DNA of 63,480 nucleotides, the filler included, from Guillardia theta CCMP2712 (Eukaryota > Protista > Cryptophyta), in assembly GCF_000315625.1 (NCBI RefSeq). It is 5 parts of 5 records of this genome, joined end to end, with 100 filler letters (N's around TTAATTAATTAA, not from the genome) between each part and the next. Parts side by side here need not be neighbours in the genome. Positions count along the whole stretch, not along the records: positions 20,468 to 39,236 come from NW_005434657.1; positions 39,337 to 46,130 come from NW_005434221.1; positions 46,231 to 56,474 come from NW_005434565.1; 2 more parts are not named here. The stretch is one strand, 5' to 3'. This document shows, in pieces, positions 39,113 through 51,122 of the stretch (positions are counted from its first letter, which is position 1; each line of letters begins with the position of its first letter). The notes beneath the pieces were generated by a model that was not told where the DNA came from, did not search any database, and was given only the letters and a program-made list of their open reading frames with translations. The translations under genes were made by a program, and so were the position numbers.

Positions 39113-39336
39113 TATACTCGGCTACCGCTGCCACTGTGACTCGGAGGCTAGCGAGGAGGACTACCTCAAGCGGTACCGTGTTCCTGTGTCCAGCCTCCCT
39201 CCGTCCGCTGCCCCAGGCGGCAGTGCTGGTTCTTTTNNNNNNNNNNNNNNNNNNNNNNNNNNNNNNNNNNNNNNNNNNNNTTAATTAATTAANNNNNNNN
39301 NNNNNNNNNNNNNNNNNNNNNNNNNNNNNNNNNNNN

Positions 39337-39467
39337 TCCTCCTCTCCTCTCCTCTCCTCTCCTCTCCTCTCCTCCTCCTCCTCTCCTCTCCTCTCCTCTC
39401 CTCCTCCTCTCCTCTCCTCTCCTCTCCTCTCCTCTCCTCTCCTCTCCTCTCCTCTCCTCTCCTCCTC
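39337..39467. repeat. (CTCTC)n microsatellite
   Basis: Directly visible next to a gap. Confidence 0.9.
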
Positions 39468-39478
39468 ACTTCTCGTCA

Positions 39479-40013
39479 GGTCTCGCGACGCTCTTGGGCA
39501 ACTTCCTTGTCGTTTCTCCGTTTCCTCTGGACATGAATTTACAGCTCTACACCAGGTGATGGATGTTGACAAGGCAGACTGTGGCTGGAGAGACAGAGGA
39601 GGACAGGAGACTGTAGATGATGAGGCGAGGCGAGGCGAGGCGAGGGGAGAGGAGGCGAGGGGAGAGGAGGCGAGGGGAGGGGAAAGGAATGAAGGGAGGG
39701 AGGAGGAGGGGAGGGGAGGGGAAAGGAATGAAGGGAGGGAGGAGGAGGGGAGCAAGGCACGGACTCGTTACACTCGTTGCAGCATCTGCTTCCTCCTTTT
39801 CGGCCTCTTCGCCATTCTTGTCTTCCTGCAGTTTCACGGAATGCAGGTACGAGCAGACAAATTCACGCTCCCCGTGTCAACCTGACGCTGATGTTACAGG
39901 CGGGGAGAAACTTCGGATACATGCTCATCACAGTTTATGTTGCCTTCTTCTTCACCATCCTCGGGCTGGAGATGTTGGGAGGTTCCTCTCTCCTTCACTC
40001 AAGACTGCCGTAG
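39479..40013 (+). CDS. C-terminal exons of a membrane protein, possibly a cation/Ca2+ exchanger (CCX/NCKX); 5' part not found, possibly lost at the gap
   Basis: Spliced reading GLATLLGNFLVVSPFP...SICFLLFGLFAILVFLQFHGMQ-AGRNFGYMLITVYVAFF. Confidence 0.4.
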
Positions 40014-40215
40014 TTGCAAGCAGGCGCTGTTTCCTTTGCTTTATTGATTTCACTCACGTTATGTACATTCTTGTAATCAACGTTCAACATAGCTCCTCAG
40101 GCTCACCTGTCACAGTTGAGACTGCCATGTAGTATCTTACGCTAACTCCCTCCAATCGCACATATCGCAACCATCATCATGTAGCCTCTTCTGGAGTGTA
40201 TCAAAGTGCCGTGAA

Positions 40216-40994
40216 CTACATCACATCAGCTCTATCACCAGGAGATGTTTCTTCCCTTTCGATATGATCCACCACACAAGAGAAAGCATCATCCAACAGC
40301 GACAAAACTTGCAAGTCATGAATCCTCCTCCCCGAACCAAAGTACCACAGTCCTTCCTTGCCCTCCGCTATTCGCAGCTCCCTCTCCATCCCAGCAGCCC
40401 CGTTCCTCACCCGCTCTACCTCCGCATGCTCCCCGCCCATCCCTCCCTCCACCACCCTAGGGACTAGGTGGTCAACGGAGATCCCAGGTAGCAGGGAGAG
40501 TTGTGGCGCAGCGACGACTCCAGCACCAACCCCAGCAACTACCTCCCGTCTGACCAACGTCGGCGCATCTTCTGGCAGCCTTCTAGCATCGGCCTTCATG
40601 AAGAAGAGATCGGCTGTTGTTTCTCGCGTCTCCTCTTCCTCCTTCTTGGACCGAGGGTAAGGCCAATTGTTGATCCCAACCTGTTTGCAAGCATTCTTCA
40701 ACGCCGTTAACGATATCCCCTGTAAGAACCAAGGTGAGTTGCGGGGGCGGGAGAGGAGGGAAGGGAGGACAGGGGAGGAGGACAGGGGAGGGGAGGGGAG
40801 CGCACGCTGGGAAATGGAAGTAGGAGAATCCAAGGACGGGGTAGAAGTACCAGCTGATTTGCAGCCTCGGACTGTCGGAGATGAAAGAGATTCGTGATCT
40901 CGACCGCTGTAAGAACTATCTCCTTCTTCCCTTCATCCTCATTCTCTCCCCGACGTTTCCGAGGAAATATTCTAGCAACCTTCGGTGCAAGCAT
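40216..40994 (-). CDS. RWP-RK domain transcription factor (NWPY variant)
   Basis: ITNLFHLRQSEAANQL / intron / GISLTALKNACKQVGINNWPY. Confidence 0.85.
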
Positions 40995-42199
40995 GTCTTT
41001 TTAGCTCGAAGAGTCTCCAGAAAGACTGCTGGACATCTTCACTTTCGTCGTCCTCTCCTTCAACCCGCTCGTTCCTGATCCTGTTCCTGTTTCCTGTCCG
41101 TTCCTGTTTCTGTTCCTGTTCCTGTTGCTGTTCCTGTCCTGTTCCTGTTTTGTTCCCTCCCTCTCCCTCTCCCTCTCCCTCTCCCTCTCCCTCTCCCTCT
41201 TCCCCTTCCTCCTATGGTCCCGCAAACGCGTCCTCGTTTCCGCACGTTTACTCGCGCGCGTAGTTAGTTTGGTAGGTGGGGTAGTCAACTTGTGGTGACT
41301 TGACCTAAAAGTACCGGGTACTTTGAGTGGGGAAAGAGGACTCTACAGGTGGGGTAATCAATCAGAGGGTGGGTGGGGTGCAAGACGAACGAACGTGAAA
41401 CGCCGTCTGGTGAGAATGTCAGCATAAAGTCTCAGGGTGGGTGAAAAGAGTAGGAAAGTGGGGGGTGGTAGATTCAAAAATCGTCCCCGTGATCCTTACT
41501 ACTAAACATGCATCAACAAAAATAGATCCTTTCACAAGACGAAGTCTGTCACGGCTGTCAGCAAACCTGCATGTCACGTTACCACCCCCCACGCGTACCT
41601 ACCCCCTTTCACATCAAACACTATGAAAAGTACCCCTCCATTCATCCCTAGGTTTAACCTGCTTCTTTACTACTGTAGAGAACGGTGCGGTATGGTATCG
41701 GTACGGCACACTTCCCTCATCCCCGCTCATCCCCCGCTGTACTGACACTTTTACTCAAAGTTCTGGACCGCGGCACACTGTGACCGGCGGGCCGGGCGGC
41801 CGGCCACCAGTGATTGCCCTGAGTCAGGCCCGGCCGGGCCTCACTCCCGGTCCCGGACGCACCGGACGATCGCCGGGCGGCGCCGCTGAGCCCGCCGGGC
41901 CGGGCGGCCGGACTCCCAGAGTAACTTGCCAAGCCTGACTCAGTGATGAGGCTCGCCCACTGGCCCCCAGACTCTCAAGATAGAGCCTCGGAGGTTGGGA
42001 CATTCGTGAGTTATGTAGAGCTAAGTTAAAAATCAGTACGAGGACAATGGGATCTATGTTAGGATATCCAAAGCTTTGCATCTTTGATCCCCAACTTATC
42101 ATCCCTTGCAGCAAACGAGAACAAGCATCCCGGTCGCTAGCCTAGTCATCTTCGCCCTTTCTCTTGGAGGTCAGCCTGGGTAAGGAGGAAGACATCAAG

Positions 42200-43900
42200 A
42201 CTTGTCGTCACTTCGGACACCACGACTTGTTACCATCTCAAGACGCTCATTCGCCAGCGCTACTTACAAACATCAGACAAAACACGCGCAACCTTACTGT
42301 CACCTAGCAAGGAAATCAGCGCTACTTCGGTCCTATACGTCCTTGGCCCTAGGGAGATTCCCTGCCCCAGCAGTTCACCAGCACGGCACAGAGCAGCACC
42401 GATCTCAACCTGAAAACCATGCTCCCCTAGGAGTTCCAGCTCGTACGGGTCCTGCCAGCCGGCCTCGGGCCCGACGCCGACCAAGATCCGCCTGTAGGGC
42501 TGGACGGTCAGACTGAGACCGTTTCGACGGCTCATGCTCAACCCGTTGGGCGGAACTTGAACGTCGCGCATCGGGGGTAGAGGGGGAAGCCATGATTTCT
42601 GCGGGTGACCGACCATTCTGAGATGGCGGAACGGAGGCATGTTGTGTCAGTTTGGTCGATGGTAAAGGAAAGATATGCATAGCTTGCCTGATTGTGTCTG
42701 GGCAGATTTGATCGAGTTGCTCCTCTAAGAAGTATTTCAACCTCTTTGCTACATGCACCTGAGATACACTCGTTTCAGATTTCAAGGTATGTATGTCAGA
42801 GATGAAGAGAAGGTTTGATCTCAGAAATGAAGAGAGGTATGATCTCAGATGTCAGGAGATGGTCCTCTCTTGCAAAACGCTGGCCTTACCTTCGGGAGGT
42901 ACGTCTCGCCAGCTTGTTCCAACCCTTCCTTGAGAGCCTGTCGCATTTTCGACTGGGAGACTTCAGGGATGCAACAAAGAGAACGGAGGAGGAGACCATA
43001 GGCGGTCGAAGGAGATGGGAGCCGAAGTAGTCCTGCTGTACCTGCCGCATCCTTCAATCATCGTCCTCCGCCAAAATCTTCATTTCTCACTTTGTTTGCA
43101 TTGCAGAAGATCACATTGGCAACCCCCTTCGCAAGGGTAAACTTGTAAGATCCGACGACAGAGCAACAGTCAGACAAGAAGAGTTTCTTCCATCACCATC
43201 TGTGCTGCAATCCCCAAGAAGTCCCCGAGGTTGGGCGGTCTTGGCAGGGCGATGAGAAGGTCGATGCTGGCAAGGTGGATGTCAACATACAAAAATGATA
43301 GAGAAGAGAGTTGATGTTGATGAAGGAGACGAGGATGTAAAGAAACAGAACAGACAGGCACATTGCCGATAGTTGACATCCCATGGACTTTCAAGTCATC
43401 ATGCGTCCCTTCTCACCGCGGGATCTTGTCGGCGGTATACGGAGCACACAGTTGTTCCGCTGACTGTGAGATCTGCAGCTTGAGCGAACCATCATCTTGC
43501 CATTCCAGAACTGCACGCGTGAGATTGTTCAGCACACAAGACAAGTTGGAGTTGATGATGTCAAGAATCCGATCGAGAGCAACAACAAGCACACCTGCAT
43601 CTTCCTCCTTCCCTGCATCCACGACTCCTATGCGAAGACTCTGGCCATTCTCAAGTTTCAGGATCTTCTTGATATGCTGCTGGAAGAATCAACGACTTAG
43701 TCAGCACTTCCTTCAGGAGCTCACTGTGACTCGCTTGTCACTCTTTGCAAGGTAAAGGAGACATGAACTCTGCGATGAAGGTACAACCTGTTACCACACA
43801 GGGTGTAAGATCCACTCGACAAGACAGTCGAGATCTCTCATCGACGTCCGACTGACTTCTTCTGGCTCGAACAAGAGGCGATTGAGACATCGCACTTGCA
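42200..43900 (-). CDS. rsmE: RsmE-like SPOUT rRNA methyltransferase; an N-terminal extension probably continues to about 44400
   Basis: LNRLLFEPEE, HIKKILKL..G.SLRIG, DLLIALPRP, EGLEQAGETYLPKV, VGPEAGW, SLGPRTYRTEVA. Confidence 0.8.
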
Positions 43901-44419
43901 TGTGATTCAGCCTTCTGTTCCTTGAAACACATCACTGTCAGTCAGAACGACTTTTACAAACAGCATCCTCGCAACCCTCACTTCATACAGCTACAAGACG
44001 ACTGAGGACAGCAAGGAATACCTCCTCAACGATATTGGCGGCTTCATGCCCGTCATTCCAAACCTTGCTGGAGCTGTTATGAATGCTTGTGGCTGTGAAA
44101 GCGAGAGTCTGCTCTGCCAAACTCTCTTCGAGCTAGTGCATGATGGCGTGAGGAATAGTATCATGGCAGTATCACACAGACCATGATTGTGCCGTCAAGC
44201 TCCATGACAGCGCAATGGGTGCAAACATGCTGGACCAGATCCTACCAGACTTCATCCTCCAAAGATCACGAGTACGCCTCTGCGAGGAGAATTGGTGAGA
44301 ATGATCAAAGTAGGGAGAAGCAGAGCAAGCGAGAAGAGACACGACACGCCTGCAGCTTGAAGGTATTCACGAAATTAAACGGCCACGAGCAAGAGAACGA
44401 GCAAGGAATTTGAGAGGAA

Positions 44420-44935
44420 CAGAGCAGCAGAGCAGTAGAGCGGTAGAGCAGGAGAGCAGGAGAGCGGTAGAGCAGTAGAGCAGGAGAGCAGGAGAGTAGT
44501 AGAGCAGTAGAGCAGTAGAGCAGTAGAGCAGTAGAGCAGTAGAGCAGTAGAGCAGTAGAGCAGTAGAGCAGTAGAGCAGTAGAGCAGTAGAGCAGCATAG
44601 CAGTAGAGCAGCAGAGCAGCAGGAGAGCAGGAGAGCAGGAGAGCAGGAGAGCAGGAGAGCAGGAGAGCAGGAGAGCAGGAGAGCAGGAGAGCAGGAGAGC
44701 AGGAGAGTAGTAGAGCAGTAGAGCAGTAGAGCAGGCGAGCAGTAGAGCAGTAGAGCAGTAGAGCAGTAGAGCAGTAGAGCAGTAGAGCAGTAGAGCAGTA
44801 GAGCAGCATAGCAGGAGAGCAGGAGAGCAGGAGAGCAGGAGAGCAGGAGAGCAGGAGAGCAGGAGAGCAGGAGAGCAGGAGAGCAGGAGAGCAGGAGAGC
44901 AGGAGAGCAGTAGAGCAGGCGAGCAGTAGAGCAGG
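44420..44935. repeat. 8-bp AGAGCAG(T/G) tandem repeat
   Basis: Alternating blocks of AGAGCAGT and AGAGCAGG. Confidence 0.97.
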
Positions 44936-45227
44936 AGGAACTGCATGATCAGAGATGAGGCCATCGGGCGAGCCTTCAAACTAGGGGGTAGGGGTGATCG
45001 AATTGTGATTCGGGGTGGTAAATGTGGGAATTAAAGGGGTACTATTGATATGAAAATAGGGGGTACTTCTGTAAAAAGGTGGGGTAAGTTCATGAAAGGG
45101 GTGGGTAACAAGGCAGGTAACAAGGGGGTGGGAAACTGTGGTCTACCAGCTTCTGCGGTTTCACCGAAATGCACGGCGCCTTACACTGAGGTCGTGGAGC
45201 GAAGATGCGGGGTGGTTGTTGCTCGTC

Positions 45228-46130
45228 CATGACGATGGAGGGGAAGAGGAGGAGGAGGAGGAGGAGGAGAGGGAGAGGGAGGAGAAGAGGAGAGGAGAGG
45301 AGAGGAGAGGAGAGGAGAGGGAGGAGGAGGAGGAGAAGTCTGTGGGTAAACGGATGTGGTGTATCCTAAAGGGAAAGGAACTACTCGCTCTGTCCTCGCC
45401 AGGTCTGTAATATTGTCAATGCCAGCGCATGGCACGTGATTCCGTGCTCACAGATGAAGATGTTCTGTTGAGCAAGAGATATAAGCTCAGGTACATAGAT
45501 CCTGCCTCCATAGCTTTGCACACATCGCTGGTCCGCGTTCAGACTGTGGATGGACCGATCTGTCTCAAGGCAACTTCGTGTGAGGACGGGAGCATGTGGA
45601 GGAGGTCAATACAGGACGGCATGATGCCCAACCAGAACATCCCGCTGAACTTGCAGGACCTGAAGGTAGACACCTTCCTCCCATACCTTCCTCCCATACC
45701 TTCCTCCCATACCTTCCCTCCATCCTTCTCCCTCCAGAACTCTTACCCTTCTCCCTGCCGTCGCTTGCTTCCTCTTCCGCCTTCTCCTCTCGCACGGCGC
45801 ATTCAGCCATTTGGGCAGGAGTGGCTGAAGGAGAAGGAACAATCTTACAAGACAGGATCACTCTCCCTAAAGACCTTCGAGCACTTGCTGGAAAACAGCG
45901 TCCTCCTGCTCAACAGATGTGTTGAAGGCACCGACGGTCTGAACGCATGCCACGTTGCCTGTACGACCGTGGGGTCAACCACTCCCCTCCTGGCTGCGAT
46001 CATGACCGCGTCTGAACGAGCGTCGAGGGAGCAGGATGATAGAGGATGTATACCTTTCTATCACCTCGTCAAGTGCTTTCCTATGGTAGCAGAGAGCATG
46101 TCGTGGATGGTAGAGAACTTCGCGCGCGAT
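45228..46130 (+). CDS. PH-domain protein with ankyrin-like segment, truncated by a gap
   Basis: KRMWCILKG...VRVQT..GPICLKATSCEDGSMWRRSI (PH-like); DGLNACHVAC and DDRGCIPFY (ankyrin-like). Confidence 0.5.
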
Positions 46131-46274
46131 NNNNNNNNNNNNNNNNNNNNNNNNNNNNNNNNNNNNNNNNNNNNTTAATTAATTAANNNNNNNNNNNNNN
46201 NNNNNNNNNNNNNNNNNNNNNNNNNNNNNNGTTGCGAAGAACTTGCAGACATGAATCCTGAAGTATGGTAAGCA

Positions 46275-46382
46275 TGATGATGATGATGACGATGATGATG
46301 ATGAGGATGATGATGATGATGATGATGATGAGGATGATAATGATGATGATGATGATGATGATGAGACAAGGAGAATGGATAA

Positions 46383-46413
<31 letters not shown>

Positions 46414-46508
46414 GGCAGGGGCAGGGGCAGGAGCAGGGGCAGGAGCAAGAGCAGGGGCAGGGGCAGGGGCAGGGGCAGGGGCAGGGGCAGGGGCAGGGGC
46501 AGGGGCAG
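46275..46508. repeat. (GAT)n followed by (GCAGGA/GCAGGG)n microsatellites
   Basis: Directly visible. Confidence 0.95.
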
Positions 46509-46774
46509 GTCTCACCGCCTGCCCATTCATCCCAACAGGATGGATGTTTCGCTGCGGGGTTGTCAGACTTGGAGCACAAGGAGGATCGGGACGCACGTGC
46601 GCGTACGCGGCGATGTCGAGGCCGACGCTCATCGGGTTCGTTTGCTCCCTAGGACCCAGTCAAGAAGGAAAGAAGCCAGGGAAGTGGGAGCGAAAGAAGC
46701 GAAAGTGATGGAGGAGGAGGAGCAGGAAGAGCAGGAGGAGGAGGAGGAGCAACAGCAGCAGCAAGCTAGCAGTG

Positions 46775-47845
46775 GCTTACCTCCACACGCTAGTGGGATT
46801 AAAGTCGCCGGTCTGTTGAGAGCAGAAGGTCAAGGAGGAAACAGTAGGAACTTGACCTACCCCGAAGTAGGGATGCTCCATCGCCTGCAATGCTGTGATC
46901 CGCCTGAGAGCTGGTCAGCGGGGAGGGCAGAAGCCTTGTACGCTCACTTGGCAGGGTCGAAGTTGAGAAGCTTCTTCAGGAGGTCGAGAGCATGGGTGTT
47001 CTGAAAAGAGGATGTCAGAGTCGAGAAGACAGGATGGAGCAAGGAGGAAAGACGGAGAGTAAGAAGAGAGTGGGGGAGTAGGGAAGGGGACGAGGAAAGC
47101 GGGAAGAAGGCGGGAGAAAGGAGGTTAAAGTCAAGGAGGATAAAGTGAAGGAGGAGGTGCTCGGCAGGAATTTACATGCTTCAACACGGGGATCTTGTTC
47201 TCTAGCCCCTGGTAAATCATGCCGTTCTTGTCCGGCTGTACAGGATTATCAGCTGCTCGTAGCTCCTGCCCCTTGTTGTTCTTCTTTCTTGATCATCCTC
47301 CATCCCTTCATCCTCCAGCACAGTCTCCCAATCTCCGCTCTTCCGCTTCCTTACCGCGAGCTGGACGTTCGAAATCTTCGGCCAGTCAGGAAGTTCAGTG
47401 ATCTGATGCCACTCCGTCGCTGAGGGCTTGCCCATCACCTGATACTCATCATCAAACGTAATATTCATCACTATCTCCGTCATCTCCATCATCATCTCCA
47501 TTATCACTTCTCCTGCATTCTTCGCTTTCTTGTTCTTGTTTATCACACCACCACCAGCAATATGCTTTAACTGCTTCCCGACGTACTTACTCTAAAAATT
47601 TTCTCGAGCTGATCTCGTTGGAAAGTTTTGTCTTCCTGCCCCTGGCGAGGTAGACGTGAGGAGGACGAAGGAGCGGCAGGGCTGACAGACCTGAAAGAGT
47701 GGACCAGGAGGGTTCGATAGCAACTCGCCAAAAATGCAGCCGACTGCCCACCTGTAGCACAAACACTTCAGCTACTGACCGGCTAACCGTCATCATCATC
47801 ATCATCATCATCATCGTCATCATCATCATCATCATCATCATCAGT

Positions 47846-47920
<75 letters not shown>

Positions 47921-48000
47921 TTCATCTCACAGGTCGATAGCCTTCGAGTAATGCTTAGCCCCAAGCAGAAGTTCTGGCGCACGGTACCTAAAGCAAAGAT

Positions 48001-48050
<50 letters not shown>

Positions 48051-48051
48051 A

Positions 48052-48085
<34 letters not shown>

Positions 48086-49329
48086 TCTGCCATGCGAGCG
48101 AGAGGGGGCTGGAAGGAAGGATTAGATCTTCATTCTAGCGACAAACACCGACCTACGAAGGTTTCGTGGATGCAAGTCCTTCATCTTATTGAAATACTTC
48201 TAATGCAGAACAACCCAATTGTCCCGCGAACGATACCCTTGCAGAATAATGGGGATCCCTCGTTTCTGCCACTCCCACACCNNNNNNNNNNNNNNNNNNN
48301 NNNNNNNNNNNNNNNNNNNNNNNNNNNNNNNNNNNNNNNNNNNNNNNNNNNNNNNNNNNNNNNNNNNNNNNNNNNNNNNNNGGAACACTCTTGCCATACC
48401 GAAGTCCTGAAGTCATGGCGGCAATCAGCGACATTTGCAGAAGAGAACTGAGAGATTTCACCGCGATCTTCACTCTCCCACACTGCGGCCCCTGCCCATG
48501 ATCAAGATGTTTGCTGGTTTCAGATCTAGCAGAACAACACAGCGTCAAACTTGTTGACGAGAGGATCATCCAAGGAATCAAGCAGAGGATCGAGGTTGAG
48601 ACCTCGGTGTATGATCCAGTTCTCATGGATGTAGGAGATGCCGTTGAGTAGTTGCCACATGATAGACTTCACTCCCTGACCTTGAACGTCAACCGCCCAA
48701 AAGCAAGTCAGTGACTATCACCTTCTCGCACAAAGGCATTCGCTGCCGCTCTCTATGTGATTTCTGCAGCCACAACCATCAGCCATCAGGACTTCACATA
48801 CTCGATCCTATCCACACACCAGGATCTCAGAGAGCTCGAACTCTGCCCAATCGAAGACGAGGTACAACCCCTTCGAGTCCTTGGTGCCGTCCGGGCACAG
48901 GATCACCTCCCGTAATGTCACAATGTTCTCGTGCCCTCTTCCCCGCTTTAGCTCGTTGAGCAGCGCAATCTCTCGCACAGCATCCTTGTTGAATCCCTCC
49001 CCTTCACGAGCGTTGTTCTTCGGCTTCTTGATAGCCATGAAGGTTATCTTGTTCATATCTACGTAGCTGTGCTTGTATTTCTCATAGTCGGGCTGTTGAA
49101 CGGGCGTCAGTCTCTTAACCATTACCTTGATCTTTACCTTCTCACTCATACGAATTGCTTTATATACAACACCAAATGTGCCCTCGTTAACTTTCCCTGG
49201 GAATCATTCAGCAGCTGCACCGGATCCGAACTTTGCAACGAGGATTACCAAGACATGAAACTCGTCGATTGTTCTCCCGTTCACTGACCTGATCGTCCGT
49301 TTCTCCTCACGTGCAATCGCGTCCACCAT
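46775..49329 (-). CDS. Cyclin-dependent kinase, CDK8/CDKE-like (multi-exon, spans a gap)
   Basis: [87 protein letters not shown]. Confidence 0.8.
47789..48083. repeat. Compound (CAT)n, (CAG)n and poly-G tract, probably intronic
   Basis: Directly visible. Confidence 0.9.
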
Positions 49330-51122
49330 GTTGAAGCTCCAAGAATTTGTCGGTTCAGCAGTGAGCTCTCAAGGGAATGGGCACGTCATCGTCTGGCTCG
49401 ATCGCTTGTACTCGATTACTGGCCCAGTGAGCTCGATCAAGAGCGGAGAGACACAAGGGGCTACAAACAACATCATTCACGTCCATCCAACCCTCGTCTC
49501 ACCTCCATGATGAAAATTTCTATCACAAAGAGTTCAATGCCGTCACCTGGCCATGCAAGCCTTCACTTTCCTGGAGCTGCACCAAACCAAGGTGTGAGAT
49601 CAAACCGGCAGCACATGTCACAATGTTCAGAGGTTGAAGGCGAAGGAGAGTGATAGGACAAGGCATCGAGCGAGAAGACAACGGGATGGCATGCGTGTAA
49701 GATTGATTTGCTCATGTTGACCATGAGGATGGAAGAGCAAAGGCTGGCAGCAGGCCAGAAGACATAAGAGGAAAAGCAGAGGAGCAAGTCGGCAAGGACG
49801 AAATATCTCTCATCTCAAAACATAGCAGAATGGCGAGATCAAGAATATGATCAGAGGATCAAGATCCATGAGTATCAGGAAGGGGGAGCAAGGGGCTTCC
49901 TTGGGAGGGGGGGGAGGGAGGGTTTGTAGGAAGGATAAGCACGTGGAGTGAATGAAACATTGAGGAATTGAAGACGGAGGAAGAAGCACTTCAAGGAATG
50001 ACATGACATCGCAGAAATGTTGTGGTATGAAAATTCAGAATTGCAAATGACATAAGTGAAAAGGAGAGAAGATATGGAAGATCGGACGAGAAAGAAAGGG
50101 AGGGGCTAAATGAGAAACAGCGATGGCAGTGACGAGCCAGCACGTTAGAGCACAGGAAGGAAGATACTTTGAAAGGAATAGGATAGCAGAAAGGAGGAAA
50201 ATTATCAAGATCTACGAGGGTCGGTGGGGGGGGGGGAGGGGGGGTGGCAGAAGGAGGAGCAAGTGGAGGAACTTGCGCTGGCGATGGCGCAATTATGGCA
50301 ATGGTGGAGAGAGTTCTATCGTCTTAGAGGAATGTTGTCCAGACCTCCAAATCCATGTGTGTTCAAAAGGTGGGTAGTGTAAACATAATTCGAGGGTGGG
50401 GGTGTGGTCAACACAACAGATCCCCTCGTTCTATTGTCCCTCTTTCACCCCTGCTTCCTTCCCAGTAAAAAGGGGTCATGAGTCCTACCCCCAGGGGTAC
50501 AGTACCCCCACCTACTATTGTCATATGAACAGAAGGGGTTAAAGGTATCAAGAAACTGAGAGGAAATGTGAGGCTGGTATCCACCGGTGGTATTTACCTG
50601 AGCTATCAGGATAACATGAGGGGTCCTTGAGATGCCGCGTCAAATCATGCCAGTGACCGTACTGTGACTCCGAGGCTCAGTTCATTTAATTACTCGGACT
50701 CGGCCTCGGACTCGGCCCGCTGGCCGCGAGGCCGCACACCCCGGCGGAGTCCAGGCCCGGCGGTTCGCCGATCATCGGATGATCCGGCCGGTAGTCACGA
50801 TCGGACGGTCGTGTATCTGGCCGCATAGTATCGGATTTGACTACCCGGTCACACGCACGGTGCTCAGCTCAGCAGCAGAGTCACTGGCAACTGCCAGTCG
50901 GAGTGGGACCGTGGCTTGAAAACGCCGCTGTGCCATCGAAGCCAAGCGGCAATCAGCCTGCAGCACTCAGGGATTTTGAGCCAAGCCCCTGACCGTGACG
51001 GTGGCAACTTGAATGAACAAGCAGTGATGCCATGATGATTGATCGCATTATATGTATCTCAAGAAGTATAGAACTTCGGAAACTGACTAACCTGAAGCAC
51101 TAACACTCGTGCATTAACCTCC

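Noticed and set aside
44305-44979. Leu/Cys-rich ORFs (LLSCSPA)n
   Set aside because: Translation of an 8-bp satellite.
47587-48451. Poly-Met/poly-Ile/poly-Ser ORFs (also 34576-34927 and 46175-46708)
   Set aside because: Products of (CAT)n/(CAG)n microsatellites.
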